Below, piece by piece: positions 39,265 through 51,600 of a stretch of DNA of 64,000 nucleotides. The stretch is taken from NCBI GenBank assembly GCA_001662655.1, contig KV460216.1. The stretch is one strand, 5' to 3'. Source of the DNA: Pseudogymnoascus verrucosus (taxonomy: Eukaryota). The first letter of the stretch is position 1. Each line of letters begins with the position of its first letter. The position numbers were made by a program, and so were the translations under genes. The notes below the pieces were generated by a model. It ran no database searches and was not told the DNA's origin. It worked only from the letters and a program-made list of their open reading frames with translations.

Positions 39265-41039
39265 TCAATCCGCCATATATAGTTTGGGATTTGGGACAAT
39301 GAAATCATCGAGTTTGACTCTTTCATGGAAACAGATAATGCCCAGTGATTTCCAGTAATGAGCGATTTTATCGGGAGATATAAGGATGAGCTGGCTCTCG
39401 AAATACTCGGCTGCATTCGTCAGATATATTCTTGGAAACTTATAGGAAGGCTAATGAGATTATCAAATACGTACGGTTCATGAAATTTCTATTCGCAAGT
39501 TGTCCCTTGCTCTTGACGATTCTTGCGCCTTTGAATTGATCTTCCTTGGCAATACGAACCAGACCCTCGTCTCCAATGTCCTCGGCCATGAAGGTATACT
39601 CTCCACGTGGGATATTTGGATCTCCAGTTAGTTTTATTGCTTCCAAACGACCTCGATAAATCTGTGCATCTTTTTTCCGGGTCAGATACTGCTCGTCGCT
39701 TTCATCAGACCGTTTAACAACGGTGGACTCATCAAACGGCTCGTCGTCATCCGGCTGATGCAGAAGAATAAATTCGCAGCCATGAGCAGAACTAGAAATA
39801 TTAGCTAAGTGTATAAATAGAGGAAGTAAAACCTTACTAATCGCCGACCCAGATCCCTCGGAACGGTCGAGTGTCCGTGGGAGTATAGAGTGCCGGATCA
39901 AGAGTGGCATATGTACTTATTTGTAGAGGCTCTCCTCGGTGTCCAGCAACCGTGTGCATCCAGTGGCGTATTCTAAAAGCTTGTTCATTTATCTCATCGC
40001 GATTTCGTGGCTTCTGCGCGCCTGTGAAAGTTTGGTTGAACGTCATCATTTGCACCAGGGCACTGACATGGCGATGACCTGCCAAAATGTCGTCGCCGAG
40101 GCTTACCACTCGCTGGCTGGCTGGGATTGTAGCTGGTGGCCACATAGATGAATTTGGATGAGGTTCAGCTGGCCGGGCCAGCATGAATGTCGACTGAGCT
40201 ATGGTGTCTGTCAGGTTGCTGAGAGACATGGGGATTTCAAAGTCGTAGCGGTGAGAAGTGCTGCTATATATTGGGCTCGAATTGCCATTCTGGCTCAGTG
40301 CCTCCAGTCTCAGTAGTGGTATGTCCGTATGGAGCCTGACGTTGGGTTTAAACGAAATAATAACAACGTTTGGGTCGTGCTCCCAAGTGTATTCGATTGT
40401 CGGAGCCCGCTCTGCAACTAACCGGTACCCATCGATGGTTCCCAGATACGGGTTATAATAAGTGATCATCATCCGGCCAAAGAGATGCTGATCTCCGAAC
40501 CATATTTTCATTTTGGGGACAAACCAGTGCGGATCGTGGGCCCGATACAAACCGCGGTAGCTCGAACATGGCGAAGATGATTCCAAGATACAGCCTGGGA
40601 TGTTTTCTTGAACAAGTGGTTGCCAGAGGCGATCATTGGTTCCCCGTATATAGAGGTGACGGCACGAATAAACAACTGCATCCAGGTCCCTCGGAGAGAG
40701 GCACGATAGAACGAAATCGAGAAGCTCAGCTGGAAGATTTAATAACGGCGATCCACTTTGAGACAGAATGCTGCGTTCATCGTCGTCATGTTCTATAAGC
40801 ATGTTAGCAGCTAATCCGCATCTTCCGGACACAAGCTTCGTTTGTGGTCCAAATGATTATCCCTGTGGCCTCTCATGCCCAGAAATGTTATCCGTAAGGG
40901 GAAACACAGGGAAATTACGAAATGGAACTTGTACTGTACCTTGCGATATATACGACATCTGGTCGAAATGGATCTGGGCGCTTGATTCGTGTGGGTCAGC
41001 GACTCCACCCGATGAACTGCCCATACTGTCGACATCCAT
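39265..41039 (-). CDS. F-box protein with a C-terminal FBXO31-like domain, 4 exons
   Basis: LLNLPAELLDFVLSCL...VCRHL-like F-box; RPFRGIWVGDYSAHGCEFIL and LEAIKLTGDPNIPRGEYTF. Exon 1 (41039-40940) splices in frame. Confidence 0.85.
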
Positions 41040-41554
41040 CACGGCTGAATACGACGGCTAGCATTAATGGGATGGTCAATCTATGTCTTATAGAATCCGG
41101 TATATCCGCCTTGAGGCGGTATTAGTCAAAGTAAATCGTTTCGGTCGTCAATATAAAACAGTGGTGGTCTTGGTCAGTCCGTGTCACGGACACCGTTGTA
41201 ATATTCCCAATAAAAACAAAGGACCACGCATTTATCAAATTCGCTTATACCATCAAACAGCAGAAGAAAAGAACAAATATAATATTACTGCACATCAAAG
41301 TTGATGGCCGAGTCGCATTATTTATGATCAGAAGTGGCCTTCTTTGAGGTGTGTGGACGTTTGTAATTGCCGAAAACGATTTAGCGGGGCCCATCACCCG
41401 CTCCTCGCCTAGCAAGGATAAAGTGGACTGACAGAATTGTTTAACATTGTTTAACTGAACTTCATGAACAAAAAGGTAATACATATTATTTATCTGTGCC
41501 CCTATCTCTGTGTATATCCGAGATCATTACCCTAGAAATAGTAACTTTGTAACG

Positions 41555-41859
41555 TTATTTGCGTGTGATCGCTTTGGGTGGCAACTTCAAATCATCGAAA
41601 GGCGCTTCCTGCATCTCCAAGTCTTCGTCGTCTCTGTCGAACGCCCGCTCTCTCCTTGTAACCCGCTGCTCCAAACGAGTCTGCTTCCTCATCTTATTGA
41701 AAAAAGAACAGTATAGGCTAATCAGAAGGATGGTGACGAAGGCGACCGCTACGAAGATGATGCCCACGGTTGCGGGATGCTGAAACTGTTAGCTGCAAGT
41801 CATTTGTGCTGCATGGATTTACTTACAGGCCCCTTAATCGGCCGAGTTCTTTCTGGCAT
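41555..41859 (-). CDS. Small single-pass membrane protein, about 86 aa, 2 exons
   Basis: MPERTRPIKGP, then intron GTAAGT...GCTAAC...CAG, then HPATVGIIFVAVAFVTILLISLYCSFFNKMRKQ... (TM segment followed by a basic stretch). Confidence 0.65.
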
Positions 41860-42846
41860 GTTATGTTTCTTGTGATATAAATATCGTTTATTTGATGGTT
41901 ATTCCGAGTGGATTTTGAGTTGGCAAGGTTGACGTTGGTGTCTGATATCGCCGCGGAGGTTTTGATGAGTGCAGTTACTTTTTTTACTGACAAGGGAACA
42001 TAGTATTTAAATGCACAGAGAATTGGATCTAAGTTCGCTGGTGCCTGGAGCTATGGGTTAGTTCCATATCACGTAAATGAAGCTTTAGATGGGCCCATTC
42101 TCAGTTTACTAGCGCAGGGCAACTATCATCACTTCAGAGAATCGGTGCCGCTTTCCACTGCTTACAATATCCCAAACCCTAGGGAACTCCCTTTGCAAAT
42201 GAAAGAGGGCTTCCTATATTCTGTATATCGCTAGCGTCAAGCATTCTCTGACGATGCATTTTCCCTTGAATGCTGTGCGTAGAGTTTGGAACATCGTGTG
42301 TAACAATGTTGAACATCTTGACGTGGCTGGTATTTCCAAGTATACATTGACAGTCCCTGGGAATCTTGTATCTGTTGCAGCTGATGAATTCATGAATACT
42401 GATCAAGGTTTTTTGGTGACGTGGTTGAGGGATTGAAGGAAGAGTAGAATGTGGCCCGTAAATGTACTGTACGGAGTCCGAAGACATCGATCTGTTTTAA
42501 TCTGCGGCTGGAATTAGCAATGAGGATATGAAGGTATATGCTTTGAAAACTGTGATTTGCTAGGCCAATTATCACGATTATTATATCCAAAATACAGAAT
42601 AGGCATAATCATTCCCAGCATTACTGGTTGCATCTTGGCGATGTTGGATCATTCAAAAGAATTGCCTCGACAGAAAAACCCACGAGTTGCGTGCTCTCAT
42701 ATACTTCAGGCTGAATATAAACGAACCACACAGCAACCAGTCCAGAGGAAACCTCAAAAAAGTCTCCCGTGACCTGTATTTTTTTGTGGGAGCCACTAAG
42801 CATCCCCGATATACCAACATGCATGCCCAGAAAGCCTCATTTTGGC

Positions 42847-43246
42847 ATGTGCATATGCCCGCATAGTTACACACACGAGTGCAAAAAATGCACAACAATA
42901 GGCAACCGACATCGTGTTGGTTACATCGCCAAACGCAAGGGTACAGTATATAATTCGTGCTCCACACCTCAACGCTATCCCCAATACCTCACAAACCAAG
43001 CGTGCCGACTGAGACTTTCGACAAACCACCATGAACGGAACTTCGGGGGCTGAGGCGGGTCAACTTTCTGAGAACCAGTCAGGAGTAAATATGGATTGCG
43101 CAGAGTGTATGAAGCTGGCCGAAAAGCTGGAGAAATGCAAAGGTAGCGCCGGGAATAAGATGGGTGGGGAGGCTTCTAATAAATCACCGAAGGCGAGGAA
43201 AGAAGAATGCAAGCACCTGCGGATGAGAGTCAGAAAGAGCAGTTGA
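42847..43246 (+). pseudogene. Frameshifted Met-Cys Cys/His microprotein gene (copy A)
   Basis: MC-x9-C start (MCICPHSYTHEC) in one frame stopping at 43053; the terminal DCAEC and a helical tail lie in the +1 frame (open 43013-43246). Confidence 0.45.
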
Positions 43247-43991
43247 CGTCGGTTTTGCAAGGAGTTCTTATATTTAATTGATGAAAGCCCGTCTCAACAA
43301 TGAAAAGTCGACTGGTGGTGGGAGGATGGTGGTTGTGGTCTTTCATTCCGCAATCTATTTGGGAATGCTCAACAGCGGCGCAGCCCATTGCGCTTTTCGC
43401 TGCTATCGGAGGCAGCTACAGAATGAATCAGGCTCAAAATTACAAAAGTGGATGCCTCGGAGGGAAGAAGAATTCGAAGTTATTTGCTATGCCACTTAAA
43501 TCGGCAATGAACAACTTACTGTCACGGATGCTTGCCATTGACCTACTAGCTATCCGTCACTATAGCTACCATTCTTATCTGCGACTCAATAATGGCAGCG
43601 GTATTTTGGAAACCGTGAGAGATTATTGACGTCTCTGTTGAATAGGTTATTTATTGGAGGCAAATAGAGAAGATGGCGGAGATGGCGGCTGGCAAAAAGA
43701 TTGTGGTTAATGCTAGGTTTATCATTTGGTCTGTAGAATAGTCCAACTTTGCGATATGTAAAGAATAGCAAACCCGTCTTTCCAGTTCGAGAGCATGGTA
43801 TTTCCCCCATGATTATTTGGTATAGAACTAAAAGTCTCCATTTACACTTCGGCGAAGCTGTCTTTGTTGCCAAACAACCAACATAACCACCACAACAACC
43901 AGAACTTCACCCCATCCTTGCTTTACTAGCACTTCAATATCCACCCACAGAGCTATCATATCAATTGCTTTTAAGCTTCAAAAGCTTCAAA

Positions 43992-44593
43992 ATGTGTCTC
44001 GCACAAGAGATCTGCTACCAGCCATGCAATCACAGATACCGCCAACCACTTGAGAACTGCGGACCCATGACAGAGCATCTCCAAAGCACCACCAATGCCC
44101 TCGAACTAGAGTGTGCAAACCATTACACCATCATCTTGGAAGCCGTTGACTTCTGCAACAACTGCACCAAACAAATGAAGGTCACCGCAACCATGGCGCT
44201 CGTCGCACTTAGGGACATGAGTATTGCCGGAACGGATGAGACGGGAGGAAAGGCGATTGGAGAGAAGGGAAAGGCAATTAGTGAGAAGGCGAAGGAGAGA
44301 TTGAAGGAGAAGGTAAAAGTGAAGGAAGGTGGGTCACGCAAACATGCTGGCTATCTTGCTCTTCCTGTCTGGAACACAAAGAAAGTAGGTACAACCAACT
44401 TCTCAAGTGTGGACAGTGAAAAGGTAGCTAATCCTCACAGATCCAAAAGAATCGCGAGAGAGCCCGCTCAATGGGCCCAAATGATAAACACGGCCGCGCA
44501 AAGACCGCTCGGAGGAAACGCCGCAGGAATTCTCTTGCTATCATTGGTGGACAACCTGATGATATCAAGGCGGAGATATTAGTGCCATGGTAA
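43992..44593 (+). CDS. Met-Cys Cys/His (putative Zn-binding) protein, copy B, with a basic C-terminal extension
   Basis: CAAAATG context; MC-x9-CNHR-x7-C-x17-C-x13-CNNC. Predicted intron 44313-44440 (GTAAAA...GCTAAT...CAG); the unspliced ORF ends at 44582. Confidence 0.7.
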
Positions 44594-45413
44594 AGAAACA
44601 GGGTATGCGTTTGGAGTCAAGTACAGACAGCTCACAAGGTACACAGTTCTGATTGATTCAACTGCCACAAAGACAATATCCGCTGGCAGTCACGGGAGGA
44701 ACGTGGAGTCTTTGCACGGAAAGTGGCAGCCACGAGTATGCTCCGCTCCGATTCATCTCACACAATGTAGGTTAGCAAATCCCTTGGATTAGAACGCGAA
44801 ACGTGGCTGTTCATATAACCATGCTAACTTCTGAGTTTTCCAATAGACTTCCTCTCAGGCTACTTAAACGCCGAGTTGTGTGCTTCCTGCGCGGCGTAAT
44901 TATCCGATGGAGAGGCCGGATGCGGCCAGGGCAGGATATATTTGTCAGGTGGCTGGAAGTTGTACCTATAGATATCAATCGGTCGCCCACAAAGAATGTA
45001 AATAGCCGTTGACTGCCCTTTGCCAGTGGACACGGCATTCAAAGCTCTCTTTGTTTCAGGATGTTTCACAACAGCTAGAGTTTAGAGAATATAACTTGAC
45101 CTGTCCCTCCGGGATGACCATCCTTGTTTGCCGAGCGCCATCAATCGCAATTTTGGAATCAGAAGTGAAATACCCCTCATCTAATACCTCGAGCTAGGAT
45201 ATTAATCCTCTCCAAAATCCCCCCATGATATTCAACTTCTTTGATGAATTTAGCTTCGAACCTAGAGGCTGTGAGTAATACCCAATCAAAGCACCCCCAT
45301 CGCACCGTTCTACAATCCTTACCAATCGAGTTTAGCCCATTCCCCCTTCATAGCGCGACGCCACTACCATCGCCGGCCCGCCGCCCCATCCCGATCCCGA
45401 TCCCGACCTCGAT

Positions 45414-45665
45414 ATGTGTCTCAAGACCGAAGCTTATTACATGGAATGCAGCCACCGCTTCCCGCACTCCTTCAGCCACTGCACCAAGATCATCGAGGAG
45501 CGCACGACGAAGGGCTGGTGGCCATTCTCGTTGATGAACGCGGACCCGTACAAGGAGTGCGACGACCATCGGTTAGAGAAGAAAAACAGCGAGGGGTTGT
45601 GTCCGACTTGCGACTGGGAGATGAAAGAGAAGCTGAAGCAGGTCGAAGAGGGAAGGGGTGGTTGA
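45414..45665 (+). CDS. Met-Cys Cys/His microprotein, copy C (83 aa)
   Basis: MC-x9-CSHR-x7-C-x25-C-x13-CPTC. Confidence 0.75.
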   Translation: MCLKTEAYYMECSHRFPHSFSHCTKIIEERTTKGWWPFSLMNADPYKECDDHRLEKKNSEGLCPTCDWEMKEKLKQVEEGRGG

Positions 45666-46132
45666 GTAGTGGGAGTTGGTTGCTTGTGGCTCGGGCTGAG
45701 TTGTTCTCATTGAGGCCTTGGAGTTTCTTTTTGCGGCGGAGTTTAGATGGTTGAGACATCATATTGGTTTGATATTTGCACCAAATAGAATGACATACGC
45801 TGCGATTGAGTCGCTGAATAAGGAAGGATACCTAAAATAAAGCATTCACCACAAGCAATTAACGACATACGAAACTTGGAAATACTATCCCAGTCCTATT
45901 CAACGCCTGGGCTCGTATTGCATATTGACCTCCATGGTTATAAACCGAATACCAAGTTCACCCACAATATGAAGAAAAATCATATGCCTGCAGTAACTGA
46001 AAGGCCATTCTATGGCCGCAACAGCTGAGAAGTCATTGCATGACACGTGCAAGTAGTGCCTCTCAGATAGATATCCCGAGGACAAGACGGCACCGCGGTT
46101 TGGACCTGCCTCCGCAGAGCCTATTTCATCCA

Positions 46133-46474
46133 TTATATCCGAATCAGCGCCGGTTCGTGTCTCCACCCATCAGATCGTACTTCGTAATCGCCAGTCACAC
46201 TAAGCTTCACCTCGAGGTGCTTGAAGCCTATCAAAGGTCGCTTCACCGGAACCACCCTCCCATCATCCAGCGTAGTCTCTGTCAAATACGCTGTGTCAGG
46301 ATCAAATATCCTACCTAAGATAGCAATGATGAGAACGAGGCTCATAAAGGTTATAGTTGCAGGATGGCGACCACCCAATTTGACCAGCAGTACAACAAAG
46401 ACCACGAACACCACGGCGAGTAGTGCGAAATGAAGAGGCAGGGAAAATGGCCGCTTGTAGCGCGTCTGCACCAT
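46133..46474 (-). CDS. Small two-TM membrane protein (113 aa), unknown function
   Basis: Two hydrophobic helices and a soluble tail. A 5'-UTR intron is suggested by a GTAAGT donor near 46829 and a GCTAAC...CAG acceptor near 46484. Confidence 0.75.
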   Translation of the reverse strand: MVQTRYKRPFSLPLHFALLAVVFVVFVVLLVKLGGRHPATITFMSLVLIIAILGRIFDPDTAYLTETTLDDGRVVPVKRPLIGFKHLEVKLSVTGDYEVRSDGWRHEPALIRI

Positions 46475-47367
46475 CGCGCGAACTGGTCTCCAGTTAGCTA
46501 TTTCACCTCGAGGAAGAGCTGTAGGCTTGTACGAACGAATACGCGTTGGTAGGAAAAGTGAGAGTATGGCGCAGCCGCGTCAACCAGAAGTAAACACGGT
46601 ACAAAAGATATATTGATTACTGTCTACTCGTACAATGCATCTATATCGGACTATTCTTTCTCATTCTTGCGTTTCTCCCTCAAGCATTTGTTGCAATCCG
46701 TTGGTTTACGGACCCAATCCCAGTAGTACTCGGGGCAGCTCTCCTTGGACCCGCACCCACCATACTTGGGCGCCTTTATGAGTCTGCAATATCTCGTTTT
46801 TTTTTGCTGTGTCCACACTCCCACTTACCTTGGTTTGGTTTGGGGATTGGTGAGGCTTGTGGCTGATTGAGGATGGATAGGCTGTGCGAGTTTGTGAGTT
46901 TGGTTTTGAGTTTATGAGATGAAATCCTTCCATCTTATATATGGCAATCTGGGGCTCCTTGAAAGCCATTTAGTCGCAATGTCAATTAATAACACTAGTT
47001 ATTCATTCCTTGTAACTCTGAACATCAAAAACTCGGTTGTTGTCTGTTCTCAAACAACCCCCCAACGTATCATTATATTTCATTACCACTTCATCCAGCA
47101 ATAAAGGCTTTGTTAAAGTGAACGCGGACCCACCACAAGTCTCGTGGCCACCCGCACGCATCACCAAATACCATTGTCACACCTTGTTCCTTCTCTATTT
47201 GGATTCTCTCCTCTTAATCCTCCACGTGATAACCATATCCGTATTCGAAGTCAAGTGAAAAAAGCTCCGTCCCACAAAGAACCAAGCAGGCAGCCAGCCG
47301 TCCATCAAAGCCACAACAGTCTCTCTGCGCTACCTCCAACGCAACAGTCCGCCCTTCGCCACCTAAG

Positions 47368-47634
47368 ATGTGCACAAAGCTCAAAACCCACTTCTGGAAG
47401 TGCGGCCACCGAGTCCAAACAGGCATCGAGGTGTGCAGCCCCTGGGCCGAGCGCTCGCAGATCCTCGACGCCAACGGAAAATGCCCGAATGACTGCATCT
47501 CGGTGGAGAAGTGTGATGCGAAGTGTTGGGATTGCAGTATGGAGGTTGACAGGCCGACATTTGAAGAGGCTCTCGACAAGCTGCGTTCAGACCTCCGGGG
47601 CCGGGCGGCAGGCGTGGGGATGCAGGGAGTTTGA
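47368..47634 (+). CDS. Met-Cys Cys/His microprotein, copy D (88 aa)
   Basis: MC-x9-CGHR-x7-C-x15-C-x13-CWDC; 3'-UTR intron 47670-47732. Confidence 0.78.
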   Translation: MCTKLKTHFWKCGHRVQTGIEVCSPWAERSQILDANGKCPNDCISVEKCDAKCWDCSMEVDRPTFEEALDKLRSDLRGRAAGVGMQGV

Positions 47635-48183
47635 AACATGGCATTGAGCATAAGGATTCTGTGATGAAGGTGAGTTTTACTTCTCATTGTTATATGAACA
47701 AAGTGCTGTTGCTGACGGTGGTTATGACGTAGATTTGCATTGCGTATTGAAGTCAAAGAGATCGCTGCCCACCCCATTGGCTGAGAGCTTGGCCTGGGGG
47801 GAACAATGAAGACAAAGGTTGCAACAAAGGTTACTATTGCTACTAAAGGGTGGTTTGCCCATTTTTGTTTCGGCGCAGATGATCAACTGGCAATAATGTA
47901 TGTTGTTTCTATCCCTTTAGTGGCTGAAACCTTAAACAACGACAACATTATGGGAATTCATGTTCATATGCGAAACTGTTCTGCTCAAGCTATGAAAGAA
48001 GAAAAAGGTATAAATACGCCCGAAATTCCCATCAATCTGCCCCAAATCAAATTCACCACTTCACTTCCTCATCGAGATCCCTAACAGGATCATCAAAAGC
48101 ACCATAGCCATTAGAATCATCAAGACCAACAATTCCTAGCCAAACAGCTCCAATCCCACCACAACGCCATAACCACATCAACC

Positions 48184-48381
48184 ATGTGCTGGATAGTAAC
48201 CTTATATTTTGCCTGCGGGTGCATCAACAAGGAGGTGAGAGAGTGCCGCCAGGTCAAAAATGGCCAACGATGTAGCGGCCTATCTAGCCCCCGATCTAGC
48301 GACAACGAGGTGATCGCCGAGGACTGCGACAGATGCGTCCGCCGCTATACAGACCACAACTCGCAGGGCCATCAGAAATGA
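48184..48381 (+). CDS. Met-Cys Cys-rich microprotein, copy E (65 aa)
   Basis: CAACCATG context, TATAAAT near 48009; MC-x8-CGC-x7-C-x8-C-x17-CDRC; 3'-UTR intron starting at 48399. Confidence 0.72.
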   Translation: MCWIVTLYFACGCINKEVRECRQVKNGQRCSGLSSPRSSDNEVIAEDCDRCVRRYTDHNSQGHQK

Positions 48382-48672
48382 ATAGATGGAATGTAGAGGT
48401 AAGTTCTCTGCTTCGTTATTTGTTACTGACAGTAGACTAGATATGGAATAGACAATTGGTTTTTTACATTAATGTTCTCAAAGTGCTTGAATCGTGATTA
48501 TGGCTTAGTTTTCAAGTCAAGAACCGAATCCGGATACTTGTTATCCTCTGTAAAAAAAAGGGGGGGGCTGGGCCAAATAACGTGAGATATATCGCTCCGC
48601 TTATCGTATTGTGTTTTCCATTATTGCCGCCGGTTGCTTCAGTTTCAGGAGCAGTAATCGGAGTCTTGATTG

Positions 48673-51600
48673 TCAAACTACCGATACTGCTCTTCCCTTG
48701 AAAATTTCTTCTAGCTCAACAAGGTCCTTTGAATATTCAGCGCTATCCTTGAGAATATCTCGAATTACTTCCTTTGCAGTTAAAGGAGCAATGCCGTGCG
48801 CGTCATGGCATATCTCCTCTGGATTTGCACCATGCCTTAGCATAATCTTCATTACCTCAATCCAGCGCCTTTTATTTTGAGCAATTAAGCCTGCCCTGGA
48901 AATACCTCGCGCAAATAAAATTCTCTGACGAGTAAAGCATTTGTGGCCGGTTTCCACGGCTTCACTCCACACAGTTGTACCATCATATTGTTCGTTTGTG
49001 TCCGCTCCAAGTGATAACAGGAGTCTGACAACACTGATATCAGGTAAACTATATCCAATAGCAGCGTTATTATCGCTGCTATAATGTACCAGAGCTGGTA
49101 GTCCATGATCAAGAGAAACAGCATATGCTAGGAGCGGCGGTTTCCCTAATTTGGCTCCGACTGAGATATTGCCGCCAGAGAGTTTACTTTCAACATATGA
49201 GGTCAACCCTACCTGAATAGCAACAGGTAGAAAGCCGTCGTATTTGCTGACTTTTTTATCACAATCTATCATAGGCTCGAGTGTACTCCAGTGGCATTCT
49301 TCTATTGGACCAGTCTGGATTTGCTGACGAAGAAAGAATGCGCGGGCTAAATGTGTGCATGTTAAGTCAAGCTCATCGAGAAGGCTGAAGTATGCCTCCT
49401 TATTTGCGCCGTGGCCCTCAGATGATGCTGCGTAGTGCATCGAATCCGCGGTATATATATAATCAAGGCCGAAATAAAGCCGTCCGTAAGCCTCTCCGTA
49501 ACGCCCTTCATATGGCTTGGAAATGAGTTCTTCTAGGCACTTAAGCCTAAGGATGCATGCGCTTAGTAGTGCGAGGCTTGGATCAAAAGAGCTTTGAGGC
49601 TCTTGCGGAAGCAGATGTATCCATAATTCTTCCCTGAGAAAGAATTCTTTGACTGTTTGATGCATAAAACGCACGTGTTTCTTTGGCGCCTCGAGAAGGC
49701 CTCCACAGCGGCTCATCAACCTTAGTCTCATTTTCTTCCGCCGCGGCTCTAGTCGCTCATCTGGGATAAGATTGAAGGGGGCCTTAACAGCTATCAATGC
49801 ATCGGGAAGGCTCTCTAAGTTGGCATTGCTACTGCTTTTTCTCCCGAAGGGTCCTTCCGCAGCAAACTCAAGGTCCACAAGATCAAGATCATTCCAGGCA
49901 TGGAGTAAAAGCCTAATATATCTAGACGCTTGAAGTCTATACTCTGGATCAATGTTTTTTAGCATCTCAATGTAGAGGCCCCTTTTTCCTCCCAGACGTG
50001 GTGGAATTGATTCTAGCTTCGCCCGAAGCTCAGGGACAGTATCGCCATTGTTGAATCCAGCTATTAATATATCGACTACGAGGCGAACCCACAAAAAAAC
50101 TCCTTGTGCTTTGAGAACTATTTCTTCTGCCAGCCTGTCCATGCCATCTGTTTCGTCCACTGTCGGGATAGATTTGATACCACTATGAAAATTGGTTTTC
50201 GTAAATATAGTGATATCCGTTGCAGTAAGGTTGTGTAGTCGTAGGTGTGGAAAGGCCTCAAAGGCTCCTTGGAAGGGAGTCAACTCGCGGCTAGATAGAC
50301 AAATTTTAACATTCGTAGTGCTAGCTGCCACCTTAAATAGCTCTGCAATTTCCCTGTGTCCGTTGGCTATCCAGTGGCTGCGCCCCCATACCGATTCGTC
50401 ATCATTTTTGCCATCATAAAATAGCTCAAAGTCGTCATCAGTATAGTCTTCCATCCGATCCATGATTCTGTACTCGTCTAAACCATCGGCAAATATGCAA
50501 AGCTCAAATGAGTCGGATGTGTGAGTAAGTAGAATTTCGAATGCGTTTTTCAACTTTGGCCAGCTTAAAAATCGAGGGGGTTTTATCTCCTTAATCTCAA
50601 ACTCATCTTTAAAAACTATAGGGATAAGCTCTCGTTTCTGTGAGAGGATTTGGTGGAGTAGGCTTCGAATTAGTCCCTCGCGAGATTTCTGAAACGATCC
50701 CCCTCTTTCGTAAAAAAAGAATGATGCGAGAAGCAGAGGCTTGCCCCCGGCCCACGTCGACAAATGAGTTCTTGTTCGTTCATCTGTCCAGATGTACTTC
50801 ATCAGTGTCGACTTCCCCGATCCAGCCTTTCCGCTAACCCAACAGATGGGCTTTGTGTCCTTAGATAGCCAGGGAACAATGCTAGAGCTCCCCTTTACTT
50901 CAGTCGAACAGTGACTTTGATCGGATAGTATCCAATTAAACGTCTCCGCATGGGCCCTTTCAATTTTTTCTTCTCGGTCGTCTATTGTCTCAAAGTGTAA
51001 AGCTTCAAGTATGTCTATAGTAGAAGAATTAGATCTTTTTCTTAAAAAGGTGCTTGGGGTATAATACCGTCCATCCTCTTTTGAATTTCTAGCGCAAAGT
51101 TAGTAAAGCAACAATATAACGTGCGCATTGTCGGTATCAATATAATGATAAAGTACATTCATGTAGGTACTAAAGTTGCTTTATATACTAGTTCTCAAGC
51201 CAAGTGCATAGAGGTTTTGCGATGGTCGTTCTTTTTCGGCCTCATATCCAACAGGAAGGATGCTTTCCATGGATGCATAATAAATATGGGAAACATATTG
51301 TCTTGTCACAATGCAGAAGGACCCTAGCATTTTACGTATGAATATTCAGCAGCTCACCTTTATTCTCCTTGGTGGCTTGAACTTGAACTAGAGAGACAAT
51401 ATGGCCGGATACTCTTCGGTACCCAATGTCGTTTGCGCGTGAGAATTTTGTCATGTCCATGTGGTTAGCTGGTATCGAATCTTTTCGTACGTTGAAGCCA
51501 TCCATGGATGCTGAATACTCGGGAACAATCTACCTAAGCATTAGTGTTTGAAAATTAGATTGCTAGGAACTTTGCTGCTCATTACTTACCACGCCAATGG

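Noticed and set aside
42847..48381. Met-Cys proteins as secreted effectors, metallothioneins or RiPP precursors
   Set aside because: No signal peptides, Cys content too low and too spaced for metallothionein, and no repeated cores, Kex2 sites or adjacent DUF3328-type maturase.
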